Assembly (NCBI GenBank): GCA_003427395.1
Contig: BFEA01000013.1
Span: 6,683,038 to 6,747,037 of the forward strand
Direction: 5' to 3'
DNA from: Chara braunii
Taxonomy: Eukaryota; Plantae; Charophyceae
Length of the DNA: 64,000 bases
Both the position numbers and the translations under genes were made by a program. Shown one piece after another: positions 13,963-28,110 of this stretch; position 1 is the stretch's first letter, and every line of letters begins with the position of its first letter. Below the pieces are notes generated by a model. The model did no database searches, was not told where the DNA came from, and saw only the letters and a program-made list of their open reading frames with translations.

Positions 13963-15292
13963 ACGGACATACATCTTCTGTATTCGGCGATTACCTCGCC
14001 GATGCTCTCACGAAAGATAAATACCTTGAGGAATGCCGCGAATGATACGAGTATAACGCGACTATGGAGATTCATGAGAAGGATGAGTGTGAGCCTCGGT
14101 TTGGGTGTAAAGTGCCCTGCGGTGTTCGAGGTAAGGTTCCGAACGATTCCACGTTGAAGAGACAATGCGGCCGCTACATGACAGACAATGAAGGTCTTCG
14201 GTGGATCCATGACGAGTTGCTCATGATGTTGAAGGAGGTGAAACTGGCTGCACTCAGGAATGCATTTGAAAAAATCGAATTGAATGCATAATCAGTGGCT
14301 GAAAGTTTCCTTGAAAGGAAACGAAGTGAAAAAGTGAAATATTTTTTTTTGTCCGGTACTGTGGATGTGAGGAAGGAGAGGATGTTAGTGAGGACATCGA
14401 TAAGTTAATGCAATCCAACATTACAAATGGGTTGCTTGACCAAGTTGCTGAGTTTAGTGGTAGAATTGATCCGCATGTATGGCAAAAGTGTGAGTCTTTG
14501 CGTCTACAATGTGAAGCAGTCGAGAGTGGGATCAAAAAATTATTGTCGGCGGGTGGCTTGTCATCTATTGATCCTTCTTTTGCATCTGAGTTGTTTGAGC
14601 TTCCATTAGTTGAAACTTTAGAAGAGCTTCCAAAAAGTTGTTTGATTGTTATGTTGGAATCATTACGAAACGTTGGTTTAGAGCTTGCACATAGAAATGC
14701 ACTCTTGGAGGTGCAGAATACAATGAGGTTTTCGGTTAGCGATAGTCAGTTGAGGGCGGTGGTTGTTAGTCTCGGACAATTGTACAATCGTCAGTTGAGT
14801 TATTGGACGTTGTGTTTAGGGAACATTTCTCGGATCGATGCGATCAGGACTGGCGCATGGCCTAATGACGAAATATAAGGAACAATCGTATACCCTTAGA
14901 ATTTTAATAGTAAATGTTATTAGTGCTCATTCCCAGTACGGTTTATGACGGAGATGGAGTATGTGAGAAGAGAATTGAATGCTCTCGCGAGCACAAATAA
15001 ACAACATGAGAGTAAATTACATGAGGTGGTACTCGCATTGGTTCAAACTCTAAGGCATCCATGTCCACACTGTGGCTCTACCTGCCATTTCCGAAGAGGT
15101 GACAAGAGAAACATAAATGATTTGACGGTTATTAGACCTAGGTGTGACAACACAACAAACCTTTATCCTGAGGGAGATATTGTTGTTGATGAGCGCGAGG
15201 CGTTCGCAATGGAAGAAAGGAGGAGGCAACTTCGTGGACAGGATGATGTAGGTGAATATGGCGATTTGTGTTTATCGTTGAATATGCAGTGA
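13963..15292 (+). pseudogene. Degraded intron-containing gene of unknown function (~440 codons; Cys-rich patches including CPHCGSTCH)
   Basis: Acceptor-like TTTTTTCATGGTGGTCTCCGCAG at ~13962. ORFs 14064, 14408 and 14945 are joined by a frameshift in the T run near 14342 and by several in-frame stops. Non-repetitive, coding-like composition. Confidence 0.5.
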
Positions 15293-15480
15293 GTTGTATT
15301 GGAGTGAGAAAATTGAAAGCGGGAGTAGTTAGAGTGGGAGGGAGAACGAGGAGCTGGACTGGGATGGTAGGAGGAACGCGTGGTTTGACACTTTTTTTAT
15401 TTCGTTAATGATGATGACATTTGAAAGGTTTTTATGATAAGACGCTTGAAGTCTATCTTTTTTCTTTCTTATTTAAGTCG

Positions 15481-15512
<32 letters not shown>

Positions 15513-17321
15513 NTTTTTTTTTTCGCATTTTTTTTTCTTGACAACTATTCTTCACATTGGAAGAAAATGTTATTGTTGTATACAAATAAAGGTTGTCTTA
15601 GTCGTTTTTTGGTATGTGATCTCGTGTTGTACATATTCATGGTTATGAAGATGATATTAATGTTTAGTTGCTAACATTTGTTAAATTTTATTTTTTAATA
15701 TTGTATGGTCTTTTGTGTTCATTCTCATATTGTTCTACTTATTCTTGAAAAACAACCAAGTGAGTATCCCTCAAAATATAGACAAGATATAATATAACAT
15801 TCAAAAGCGGTTAAGATGAGTAAGAGGTTTGGAAAGAAAAAAGAAAAAAAATGGGCGTAAAGGTTGTGCGAGGTCATAATGGAAATGAATAATTAGAAAG
15901 GAAGAGTCTTGATAGTAAATAAAAAACAACAATAAATTTACGTCGTCTCCCAGTAAATAGTATCGAAGGAAAGCAAAGGATGTTCGAGAATAAACAAGGT
16001 ACGTATAACTGTTCTACATGAAGCGCTGAAAATACTAAGGCGCTTATGTGAAACAAAGTATTATTGGGAGAGTCGGGTCACACTATGTATTTCGAATGAA
16101 TATTGGAGAAGGAACCAATTCGATAAGAAGGAATAAAGCTGACAATAAACGTAACATTTTTCCCAAGGGACCCGTGCTATCCCGAATGACCTCCTCTCAC
16201 CGTGACTCGTTTCAAGAAGTTCTGTTCTCTACGCTCTTTGTTCCTATCTCATCACAGTCGTCCAAGCAAAAGAGGAGAAGAAAGGTGATGCCATCAACGG
16301 TTTGCCCGACCTCGATCGCTAGGAACGACTCTTCCTGAAACCACGACCTTCGAGGTTGGCTGGGGAGAGGTGCGACACGAGGCATAGACCCATTTATGGG
16401 GGTGGTGCATTGTTGTTGCGATGGAGCCAACACCTACTTCTGAGATCTGGTCCTCATGCTCAGGCGAGGAGAATGGGTACTACGGACTACTTCTTGGCGA
16501 TCGGGACTCAGAAAGGTCGACGAATACATTTTACCTTTTTCAAATCTTTTGTGGACGGATGACTGACTTAGGATACATAAGGCTGGCCGCAAGTAGGAGC
16601 CGCCTCGATTAATGTGGATTGGAGTCAAAACAAGTTTTGATCCCAGTGACAAATTTATCCGAACAGGAAAGTGAGCCCTTCCACAGAATGGTAAAAGGCA
16701 AACGTGGACAAACGAGATACTTATGACTCTATCGCATGGAGCCCTGAAAAGATTAAGGGGTGTATAAGATCACAAATCGAACATAAGAACTGAATGAGGC
16801 ATAGCAACAATATAGGAGGTGTCTTAATTAACCTCAATAAAAGTCCAAAAAAGTTTTGGTCCCGATTAAACGTTTGCACAAACATGAAAGTGGACCGATA
16901 CATTTATATTTGCACGAACAAATAAATTTTAATCTCAATTAACATTGATTAACCTCGATAAACGCGCTAAAAATAAAAGAAAATGAACCGACTCCTTATT
17001 TTCTTTGATCTTCTGTGCTTTGCATTTCAGATGCGTTCTATGTGTTTCACTATGTCTTCTTTGTTTTTCCTTTTTTTTTTTTTTTTTTTTTTTTCACTAT
17101 ATTACTCTTTTTCATATAATAACATTTATNNNNNNNNNNNNNNNNNNNNNNNNNNNNNNNNNNNNNNNNNNNNNNNNNNNNNNNNNNNNNNNNNNNNNNN
17201 NNNNNNNNNNNNNNNNNNNNNNNNNNNNNNNNNNNNNNNNNNNNNNNNNNNNNNNNNNNNNNNNNNNNNNNNNNNNNNNNNNNNNNNNNNNTGACGTGCC
17301 CATGTACAAATACGTACGTAC

Positions 17322-18901
17322 GTGCCCATTAATATGGCAGAGGACCAAGGTCCACATGACGATTCAACCAANNGTAATCTATCCACCGTTCCAACCTTCT
17401 CTTCACTTGCAGATAGATCCCAGCATGTTTCGTGGAAGCATCGCAAACGCCTTCGCCGTTGTGAAAGGGTTGTTAAGGATCTTTTGGTGTCTTTGCCGAT
17501 AGTATCAGAGTCTACTCGGTGTCCTTACGTTGTTTCATGTCAAGTCGGTTTGTCTTCGTTAGATTGCCCTTCTTCCTCGTCCAACCATGGATTGGGATTG
17601 CGTATAGGTTCGGATTTTACTCTCGGTCGCTTTGCGAGTGAGACAACGATGTCATCGCAACACGAACACCGCAAACGCGGACCACTAGTTTTTCAAAGTC
17701 GTCGAACTCGAAGGTCTTTAAAACAGGGAGTAGGTGCTGCATGTGAGGGGATTGCTCCCAGGCGAGATAAACAACCGATGGTAACTCAAGATGATGGTCA
17801 TGATTGTCCTCTCGAAGAACAATATAGTGATAGGTCTCTATCTTTTCGACAAACGATTCCATCGATGAATGATTTCACAAACCCTGTGTTTTTCGAAAGA
17901 ACAAGTCAAGGAAATATTAATGTTCATACGGATCGCATTAGTTGTCATGAAAATCTTCCATGAGCTTGCAAAGTGAATGTCCACTTGAAATTCGTACGGA
18001 TGTTGCAATTAACGCAGATTCCGTTTCGATGGTCGAAAGATCGGTTTTACTCGGTAATTTTCCCGTGCACTTGGCACATGTGCACAATTGTTCATTGTCG
18101 CCATTGACTACAGATGTCCGACAAAAACGTGAGGAGAACAACCTTTCTCCCACTTTGACAAATGTTCATGCACATCCATCTTTTGCTGCCACGTCCCAAC
18201 CAAATTTGCCGAATACATTTATTGAAAAGTTTGTAGGATCTCATAATCCACGAAGAAAATTATTATTATGGAAACCGATTCGTTCAAGGCGCAACAGACG
18301 GTACCGTATGTTGTTGACTCAACGACTACGTGCCAATAAAGTCGTGCGTCGTTTGAAACTTGAATCGTTGTCGTCGATGCCTCACCGTGTGTCATCGGGC
18401 TATGATAGAAGTGCAATACTTGTTGAAAGTACTGTAGAGGTTGGTGGAGGAACGAAACAAGTCGACAAAATGTATGTGAATGAACCATGTTCTACGTCGC
18501 GTAAGATTTCAAAATGAAGGAAAAAACAGAGAAGACGACCAAACTTTCATGTTAAACGCATGCGTGCATTGAGAACTGCAGTTAAGAATCATAGGAGGAA
18601 AAAAAATGTGCGTGCTCATAAAGATTTTGTGCGTGGTGTGAGGCGAAGTTTGTTCGCTGTGAATATCCTTCGAGAGATTCAAGCGAGCGCGTCTGCGCAA
18701 TCGAGGTGTGCATCTTCTCTTGGTAGACAATCGCAAAGTCAATCTTCTCGGGCGAGGCAGTCGCAGAGTCTGTCATCACGAGAGAGACAATCACATAATC
18801 TATCCATGAGAAATCGAAATTCAATGAACAATCGTAAAAACGGTGAGGCAAATAGTTGCGAGGAAGAAATGAATGATTCGCATGATGTTCCGAGATGTTG
18901 A
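17322..18901 (+). pseudogene. Degraded Ser/Arg-rich basic ORF
   Basis: ORFs 17960-18517 and 18560-18901 are in frame across a single TGA; 17322-17963 adjoins in another frame. No recognisable domain. Confidence 0.35.
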
Positions 18902-21841
18902 AATACAGACCGGGGTTTGAACCCAGATGATGGCACTTGGTGACGCAAGATCTAACTAATTTGAAGGGTCTGGGCGCGTATAGATTCCTAGGTGTCGTAG
19001 GGCACTATCGCGACCGAACTCCTTCGGGTCATTGGCTCAGCTTGGGATGAAACAAGAGAGCTTAGCGTGCCACTGGAAACTCGGCCGGGTCTGCCCGAGC
19101 AGAGCAAGCCGACCGATGGGCTTGGGTATAAAAGCAAGCGACCGAGCGGATTCGATCGATTGACCGATTTTTTTTCTATCGGAGAATCTATCCTCAGTAG
19201 GTCGGGCAGTCGGGCGCTCGCAGCTCGAGTGGGACGGTGTGCCGAGCTGATTCCCGCCAACGGCAACGAAGAGGGAGTAGTTGACGATAGCGGGGAGGAA
19301 GAAGCCATCTCAGGGTTTTGACCCCGAGCGAGTTGACTAATGGGCCTAGTTCAATAGTAAAGTGAGTAGATTAGGAGGTTGGTGAGAGAAAGAGTGCGCA
19401 AAGAGCTATGGAGGGAGGAGGCGAACGGGAATGAGGAATCCATTTACTCAAACGTTCCTCGACCGGTTCGGATGAGTAAGGATCTCATCTCATCGTTTTG
19501 AGGTATTGTGAGTCAAGCTGTGGAGTTGGATTTCGCGTGTGAGTGATAGGTTGGTGGGAGTACGATGTGGGGACTGCGCCGGGCATATGGGCAAACGAAC
19601 ATGCTTGAAACATGATGTATGCTTTCGCGAATTAGGAGAAGGTTCATTCATATTCCAACACATCTGGTGAGAAGAGGAATGAATCGGCGTCACTTCTTGT
19701 GATCGTTGCCCCTACTCTGGGGCATCTATTCTCACTGTCGCCATGGCGATCTAGGCACTGACAGCCGTGCCGACCTTGGAGGCCTTGGGGCTACTCTGCT
19801 CAGTACCAGATCATCACAGCATCTTTATGGGCGTTGTGGCAGTTTCCCCTAGGGAAATACTAGTGTTCGGATAACTGTACACCTTCCCATGTCCTAAGGG
19901 AAGAGTCGATCTCATTGCTCGGCTTGACAGAAGCTGATGGGCACGGAGGGGTTCGTCGCCTATCGTCGTGGTACAACCGCTGCATCGAACCGTGTGTTCG
20001 AGGGAGAGTACTTGGCGAGCCTGCGTACTCGGCCGCTTTTTAGCGGAGATTCGCTTTGGTTCTGCACATCCTATTGACGAAAGTAGCTTCTCTACCTCTC
20101 TACGTGCATGGTTGATTTCTAGCTGGTGGAGTGATCTGTGTGACTGATTTAGTTAACGAAACGAGAATATTCAATCTGGTAAATAACCCCACATCGAAGA
20201 GTAAAAGAAATAAGAAATAACCTTGCACATGAGAATGCAGTACGAACAAGAAAGGGAAGGTTAACCGTGTGCCTCCGCGGTCCACGGCGAGTTCATTCCA
20301 AGTTATCATATCCTATCGGTGGAGGTAGCATGAGGCTGCAGGAGGGAAGGAGGGATGGTGTGAAGGAGGCAACGATGAGCCTTGGGCTGGGCGTTTGCCT
20401 TTAGAAGCTGGCGACTTCAGATACTTCGGTTCAGATACTGTTGCGACAACGACGTTACAGGATTATAGATTAGTGATAGCTGTACTGACCACAGTTTGGG
20501 CGCCAAACACAGAACGAGCGGAGGTGCTACCGCTGGAGCTGCATAGGGAAGTCGGAGGCCATCCGCAAGGGGGACTGCGGATTACAAACTGTGAACTGCT
20601 GACTGCAGACTGAAGACTTTGGACTATAGACTGAGGGTTGTGCATGGACCGCCGCTGCATACAGTGCTCAGGTTGTTACTGCGGACTGTAGCTGCCGCTA
20701 GCTGCTATTGCTACTGTTGGTCGCCGCTGCTGTATGTTGTCGAACTGTTGCCGTACCGGTTGACCACGCTGCGTATTGCTGCTGGCCGCCGCTGGCAGCA
20801 CGATTTGTTGCTGCATCTATGGACTACAACAACGTACTAGGTGTGGACTGTTGTTGCTGCTGGCAACAACTGCTGTTGCTGTGACCGCTGCTGAGTGTTG
20901 CGGCTGCATCTATATGTTGTGCACAAACAGCAGCTGCGCCTGGTAACTGTGCACGCTACTGCCGACTGCCGTATGCCGATTGCACAAGGCTGCTGCGTGT
21001 TGTTGTGTGCTCCTGCTGCGGACATGACACGTGCTGCTGTTGTTTCTCTTTGACCCCCACTGAGTACTGCTGCTGTTGTTTTTATTGACCTCCACTAAGT
21101 ACTGCTGCTGCGTACGGACTGTTGTTGCGAATTGCTGCATATTGCTGCGGGCCATTTAGGGACTGTTACCAGCTACTGTGTGGATACGGTTAGGCTGAGG
21201 TAAGGTGTGGAGACTTGGGGAGGTGGCCATGCTGGATAAGTAAGGGGTTAATACTGCGATTTGGGAGGTCGTCAGGGGTTGATTTCGACAGTTTGACTTT
21301 AGAAGTAGAAGAAGTTGTTACATTGGCTGCCATTGCGGGATCCTCAGGCGAACGAAGGTATCAAGGCTCTCTCTGAGAGTTGAGTTGTCCCCTTCTTGTA
21401 TCTCGAGAGTCTGAAACCCCTACATTCTGCCTTTCTTACTCTAAGTCTAGTCTGTTGGTTACGAGAGGAAGGCGGCAGGCGGGATTGCAACCCGTAGGAC
21501 CGCAACAAGTCTCTGTGAGGAGTCATCCCACCGATTGCGGGAGCTCTGCCGGAACCTAGGCGAGGTTCTGGAGGCAGGGAACCATCGGGTAAACTATCTC
21601 TATCTGTATAACCCACTACACCCATGTTTGCATATTCCCCCTGTAGTTTAATTGGTGTATGCATGCCTGTCGTTATGATTTTTGTTTTCTCTTCAAGACC
21701 TAACCAGACTAAATAAAGGAACGCACGTATAATGTCAGTTTCAGCTTCTTTGCCTGATTGAAAGCAGATTGCGGGGTTGCATCTGGGGGAAGGGTGGGAG
21801 AAAGACTATATTGCATGAGTTTGACTGAGTCAACCAAAGGA

Positions 21842-22690
21842 TGGGTCAGTTTCATAAGTTTTGGGAAGACCCAGTGTTATGTTTTATTTTGAATTGCCTG
21901 GAGAACCATACATGTTTCGTAAGTTTGGGTGGTGTGGTTGCTGGGACTTGTGAGGGCTGAATATGATTGTTTTTTCAGGGACCAAGCATATTCCATAAGT
22001 TTGGGTGGCTTGGTCGCCTTGTTTACTTTGGATTTTTGCTAGTTTCTTTAGTTCCTGAACAAGAAGATCTAAGCATGTTCCATAAGTTTGGGTGGCTCAG
22101 CCTCTTCCTGCTTTGGCTTTTAGGAAAAATGAACCAGACTGAGGACCAAGACATGTTCCATAAAGTTTGGGTGGTCTTGGTCCAACGCCTCGAACATGCT
22201 GGAACTAGAAGATTATAACTTATTATACTGTATTATTATATTATCTATGAACAGGCTAGTCTGACAGGGTTCCATAAGTTTGGGTGGTCTGACTATAGTT
22301 TATCACCAACTGCAGAGAGTATTAATTAAGAATAAACTTGTGGTACGAAGGGGCAGACTGAGTCTTGAGCTGAAGATGATCGGCTTAGTTATATGTGCCG
22401 ACAATTATATAAACTTTGGATACTTAAACAATTCAGGGCGACTAGGGTGGCCTAGTCATGTGCCCAAAGAAGAGAAAAGTTGTTGTGCCCTGAAGATGAT
22501 TGGCTCAGTTATATGCTACCTCAAAAGACTAAGTGCTGACAATTATATAAACTCTGGATACTTAAACAATTGAAGGCGACTAGGGTGACCTAGTCATGTG
22601 CCCAAAGAAGAGAAAAATTGTTGTGCCCTATGTTTGTGTATACTTCATGGCTGGGCTAGACATGCTCCATAAGTTTGGGTGGTCTAGCCT
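21842..22690. repeat. Array of seven hairpins with conserved loop ATGTTCCATAAGTTTGGGTG (copy A)
   Basis: Units near 21842, 21904, 21980, 22068, 22143, 22258 and 22655, each flanked by its own inverted repeat. Confidence 0.85.
22369..22629. repeat. Two-copy tandem duplication (~120-140 bp) specific to copy A
   Basis: CTGAAGATGAT...GGCGACTAGGGT..CCTAGTCATGTGCCCAAAGAAGAGAAAA.TTGTTGTGCCC occurs twice; there is one copy in B (41095-41240). Confidence 0.85.
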
Positions 22691-22974
22691 TATGCCCTAT
22701 GTAAGCTGGGTATAAGGGGATAAAATAACTGAAAGACTATGAACTATTGTTTGCCAACTTGACTTGGGAATGGTGAGAGCATTTACCTTTGTGGGTTGGC
22801 CTGCATGTCACTGAGTGATGTTACTACTTAGTCTGAGTTTCACTTGATAGGTAGTTGCTTTAGTTGCTCGCCACGTGCTAGAGCCATAGGAGTTAGTTCC
22901 TACATTTTCTTGAGCTAAGATTTTTTTTACTTAGATCAATTTCTGCATTTTCTGGGATCTTTTATTCATACGTG

Positions 22975-23430
22975 GTCTTGTATAAATCTTGGTAAGCCAC
23001 TTTCTCTACGGGAAGCGCTGCCGAAATTTCTACAAAACCAAGGAGTTAGTAAAAACTTTGTGTTCTTCAGGATTCGGTCTTGTTGGCTTTTTGACTTAGT
23101 AAGAATCTGGGAAGCCTCCTTTTCTAAAGAAAGTGCTGCCCAAATTTTTACTAATTCAGGGAGTTAGACAAAATTGGGCCTCGAAGGGTCAAGGTCATTT
23201 TAGAGTTTAAACTTAACTTTGTATAAATCTTGGAATAACACTTTCTCTACAGGAAGCGATGCCGATATTTCTACAAATCTAAGGAGTTGGTTAAAATTCT
23301 GTCTTAACAGAACTCAGACTTTATGTTTGAGTTCATATCTGAATTTGTTTAAATCTGGGAAGTCTTCTTCTCTAAAAGAAATGCTGCCCAAATTTTCACT
23401 AAATTAGGGAGTTGGACAAATTTTGACTTT
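22975..23430. repeat. ~121-bp tandem repeat (about 4 copies here; about 5 inverted copies at 40190-40750)
   Basis: AATCT(T/G)GG.AAG...TTCTCTA...GAA.(C/T)GCTGCC..AATTT...GGAGTT(A/G)G recurs about every 120 bp. Confidence 0.75.
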
Positions 23431-26400
23431 CTAAAATTCAAAAGTTCGATTTTTGGGCCAGTATAAATTCTGCGATGGCACCTTTCCTACGGTTGGACAG
23501 GAGGTTGGGGCTTGCATGGCTAAAGTGAGGGGTATGAGTACAAAAGTGGTTGGGGTCGACTTCGTGTAATGCGTTGACTTTGTTGGACTTTGATGTGATT
23601 GCAGGTATGTTCTGTGGCTCGGATTTTGGATTTGACTGTTTGCGATCACACATATACATATGGTTGTGAGGAACCCTACTTTGATTGTGAGAAGTGATCG
23701 TCACATACTTATCCCCCCTTGTATATATATATATATATATGTGTGTGTGTACCTATGTTGGAAGTTCGCATGGCCCAAGAGACCAGCGTATTAAGGGTTA
23801 AATAGAGGTTGAGGTAGGCAAACCCCCCCCGCCTCTTGATTGTATACTTTTTCTGAGTTCTTAGTCGGACGTTGGTCCTGGGCCGGGATTCCAGGTCCTT
23901 ATCCAGGACATCCCTAGCCCTAGGCTCTGCGGGGAAGGAATTGTCCCCCGCGCAGAGCCTATTCGCCCCACCTGCCAAGACACTCAAGCCAAAGGCCTAA
24001 GGTCTCGCGGCGACCGCACGACTATTCCTTCAGCCGTGCAATATCATGAGGGAGTAGACCCTCACGATACTTCGAGTCTGACACTTGAGTGTCATAAGCG
24101 GTACTCGGATCCACGAGGGACCGCTTGTCTGTTGGCACTACATAGTACGCCATCACTGCGACTGCTTGCGTATGCTTGCATTGTGAGTCGATATGAGAAA
24201 GTCCGGCGTCCGCGCGGTTTTATACTAAGTCGCGCACGCGACGCCTATCCGAGTCCGCATCGGAAAAGTTAAGGGATGGCTACCGAGGGGCTAGGAGCGT
24301 TGTCGCGTTGGTTATGTTGTATCGTTTCGTGCGTATGTTGTGTGTGTGTTTTATTTTTATATTCCTTATAGTGGTGTGCGCGTGGCGTGTCGGATACGTC
24401 CTAGTCGACCGGCGACGAGTCGCACTTGGGACCTCAGCCCCCCAAAATGTCGGTTCTCGTGCGGGTCCGATAGAGGTGTAGTACCGCGCGTACCCCCTAT
24501 GCTACAGCGAACAAGAAACGCCCTCGGTTGGTCCACCTCTGCGATGACAACTGATTAACTTTCGTACTGTGGACTGGTAGTTCGGCGGGGATACGCCCAC
24601 TGAAGGGAGGTGACAGCTCCCGTAAGGTGGAGGTAAGTCGTGCCTCGCGTAGGCCCTATTCTGTCGTAGGGGCTCGCGAGAGGTATGGCTGGTGCACTCG
24701 GCCGGAGCGACTTTGCGGAAGCTCCATGTATATTTGCAACGAGGGATTGAAACCCAACTCCTGCGTGACGCGGCTGGGAGGGTCTCGCACTGCCCTTGAG
24801 TGGTGCCGGACCGATGCGCGCGACATCGTTACTTAGTCGGATGAATTTGTCTGAAAGTATCCCACCATTCACCTTAGTTAGTTCATGCAAGCAGTGTGAC
24901 GACTCCACGGGAGTCTCCATCACACGGCTTTGTCTCCCAAGCCCAAGCAGACTAGGTTCTTTATCGGTTCTCATAAGTTACTTCCTTACTTCAGACAATG
25001 TTCTTACTTCATGCATACGTTCATTCACTTTTTCTGAAAGTTTTACTCCTGAAGGAAACAAGAAGATATATAACATACATCAACTCATACAGTTTAATAG
25101 AGAGTTGTACCTAGTAAGGGATACGGGAAAAAGGAGCGAGTCATGCGTACCTTATGGTTCTCTGCGTCCAAAGTTCCTCCTGAACTCCGGCGGAGCTCCC
25201 GCAATCGCCCTGTTGTGTCTGTCTCTTTGGTCATCCTTTTCATTCTGGAATATGGCGGTTGCAAAGGATCTTGATTTTCTCTTGATTTTGCAGAGAAAAT
25301 CAAGAAACTTCAAGGCTCCATGCAACCGAAATACAACGGATTACACGGGGGAGGAGAAACACATGTTTTAAGTGCATCATGAACCAAAATTGAGCTCGGA
25401 TGCACTTGGAAGTTGGTCGTTTCTTTTTCTTTCAGTTGAGGGCTAGTTGGGGGGGATTTGGGCTAGGGAATTGACCCCCATTGCAGTCCGAGTTGCAACG
25501 GACTGCATGGGGAAGGAAAAACACATGTTTTAGGTGCATCCGGAGTCAATATTGAACCCGGATGCACTTGGGAATTAAGCACTTCATTTTCTTTTAGTAT
25601 GGGGCACGTTGTGGGCCTGTGGGCTATAAAAATTGCCATAATTGCAGTCCGAGAAATAGCGGACTGCATAAGGATGCCTAGGCTAAGGAAAAATGGGCCA
25701 TGGCAAACCCAAAGGGCTAGAAAAAAGTGTTTTCGGCATGAGGCAAATAAAGACGGTAAACGGCAACAGTGAGATAAGATCTCACGGCCAAGAGTAATCG
25801 GCACACATGAGGCACTTGAGGAAGGAATATTGGAACAAAAAAGGACAAGGAAGTCCAAAAATAAAATAGGACATTATCCAGGACGTTGCGGGGGACTAAA
25901 TGAGCCCAAATAAAAATAGCCGAAAAATGGGACACACGCCGGCGGGACTACATGCGGGACAAAAAAAATGAAACTAGTACGGGGAGAGTGGCGGGGACTT
26001 GAGTTGTCCCAAGGTAACATTGAGTCAACATGAGGAATGAACACGCAAAGCAAGCGGCACCGTCAAGATCAAAATCTAGACGGTGAAAAAATTTAGCACC
26101 ACTAGTGGGAGCAAGAGGGAGGACCGTGAGAGAAAAAAAAACGAAAAAATGGTGTTGGGAGGACTGTCCAGCAGTCCGAGATATCTCGGACTAGCTAGGT
26201 ATAAGAAAATAGAGCCTCAAGCGGCTCAACATGAGAAAAAGACTGTCCAAGGAAAATCGGAGTAAAGGGGGCTCAAAATTGGGATTAACGGAGGCAAAAT
26301 GGAGCCCCTTAGAAGCATGGGGGTGCCATTATTGTGATCCGAGATATGACGGCCAACTGCTGGGTCTGAATCTGGCCATGGATGAGGATCCATGGCCTAG

Positions 26401-28110
26401 AAAAAGACTCAACAACTATTTGACACTTGTCACATAAAAAATAAAAGCGAAAAAAAAAAAAAAAAAAAAAAAAAGTTGAGGGGGAATGAGACAAAAAGGG
26501 AGAAAAGGGTGGAGGAGAATGCGCCGGCTTATTGGGATCTGCACAGTAGGAACTGGCAGGTCCTTACTGTGACCTCATCCCTCCTAGAATTGAGGAGGGA
26601 AGTCCGATTGCAAAGATATGACCCTTGGGGCAATATCTCCACAAAATATGAATTAAAAAGAGAAAAATAAGAAAGAATACAAAAAGGGGGTGACTGTTTT
26701 TTTTGTGGAGCATAGATATCTGAGATCAGATCTCATGGTGGAGAGGAACTAGCCGTTTTTTGTGGGCCATCTCAAAACGGCTAGCTCCGGAATGAGTTGG
26801 CAGCCCAAAATGGAAAGAAACAAAAGAGGAAAAAAAACGAAAACGTGCATTTGGCCCAAAAAGAGAGCCAGATGCAAAAAAAATTGAAAAAGTGAGCTTA
26901 GAGGCTCAAATCTGAAGCAAGGGCTACTTGGGGGTGACACAAAATATTTTTGGCCTTGGATCTCAACCAGATCTAAGGCTGAAAAGGCACCGAGGCATGG
27001 AGAACGACCTCGGCGTACCAAAAATGGGGTAGAAACTGAAAAAATCGAGAAAAAGGTCCTCAAGGCCTTTTTCTCTTAAGTAAGGCTTCCCCTTGGGCAT
27101 TGGGACCTAAGGGGGCAGCATTTTGAAGATGAAAAGGAGGCTAAAGGAGGCCAAGGGGCAATCTGAGTTTGTACCAACCACTCGGATTGCATGTACTTGG
27201 CCAAAATAAGGTCCGGGTACCTCCGGAAGGGCCTAGTGGTGAAACTTTGCTTTGGGGGTACCTCGGTTCACCTCAAGGCACATGGGGAGGCCCATGGGCT
27301 GGCCGGAGTGCTGGTTTCAGCCTACATAAGCTGAGGATTCAGTCCTCCACACTCACATTTGCATGAGGAGTGCCCATGCTGCCCAAGTGAACTCATAGGA
27401 ACACTTTCTCACTTGGAGAGAGGAGAGGGGAACCCCTGCCAGTTGAAGAGCTTAGAGGAGACTGTGAGCTAGGAGAATGAGCTCTACAGGTTAGTGGTAG
27501 TGAGGCTGGCCTAGGAAGGTAATCCGCCATAGCCCTCAAGCTGTGAGAAAGAGAGAAAGGCTAGAGAGTGTCTCATTACCCCTCCTAGAGAGCCTTCGTA
27601 GAGGGGAGGATTCCATAGCCATAATGGAAGAAGTTTGTCATAGTTTGGGTAAGGTTGAGAGAAGAAAAAAAAAATGGCTTGGGGAAGAAGAGAATCATAG
27701 CCAAGGAGATTCTTGTGGAAGGAAGGGAGAGACTTCATCAAGGTTGATGCTCCATCTCCAAGACATCAAAGAGGTGAATGGAAAGAAATAAATTNNNNNN
27801 NNNNNNNNNNNNNNNNNNNNNNNNNNNNNNNNNNNNNNNNNNNNNNNNNNTTTTTTTTCCCTTCTTCTTTTTCTTCTTTCTCTTCTTCTTCTTCTTCTTC
27901 TTCTTCTTCTTCTTCGTCTTCTTTTTTTTCCTTCTTCTTCTTCCTCCCTTATCTTCTTTCTCCCCTTCATTCTCCTTCATCTTTTTCTTCTCCTTCATCT
28001 CCTTCATCTTTCTCCCTTCCCCCCCCCGCTCTCTTCTTCTTTCTCCATGGGAAATTTCCTAAGCTTAGAGTGAATTGTAGGTCACTAGTAATGATCTCTC
28101 CATGGGCTCA

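Larger units (their letters stand above)
18950..24830 (-). mobile_element. Large unclassified repeat element, copy A (probably retrotransposon-related)
   Basis: 21325-24830 is collinear with the reverse complement of 38400-42295 (roughly 80% by eye), with weaker similarity out to ~19000/44400. It contains internal tandem arrays and a Gln-rich degraded frame (20600-21330). Confidence 0.7.

Noticed and set aside
17960-17963. ATGA stop/start overlap as a second polycistron
   Set aside because: It is a single instance in a decayed low-complexity frame and is equally explained by a frameshift.
21842-22690. CRISPR array (conserved ~22-nt repeat with unique spacers)
   Set aside because: Spacing is irregular (about 60-400 bp), the spacers are conserved in the second element copy, there are no cas genes, and the context is eukaryotic. 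It is better described as a hairpin array.
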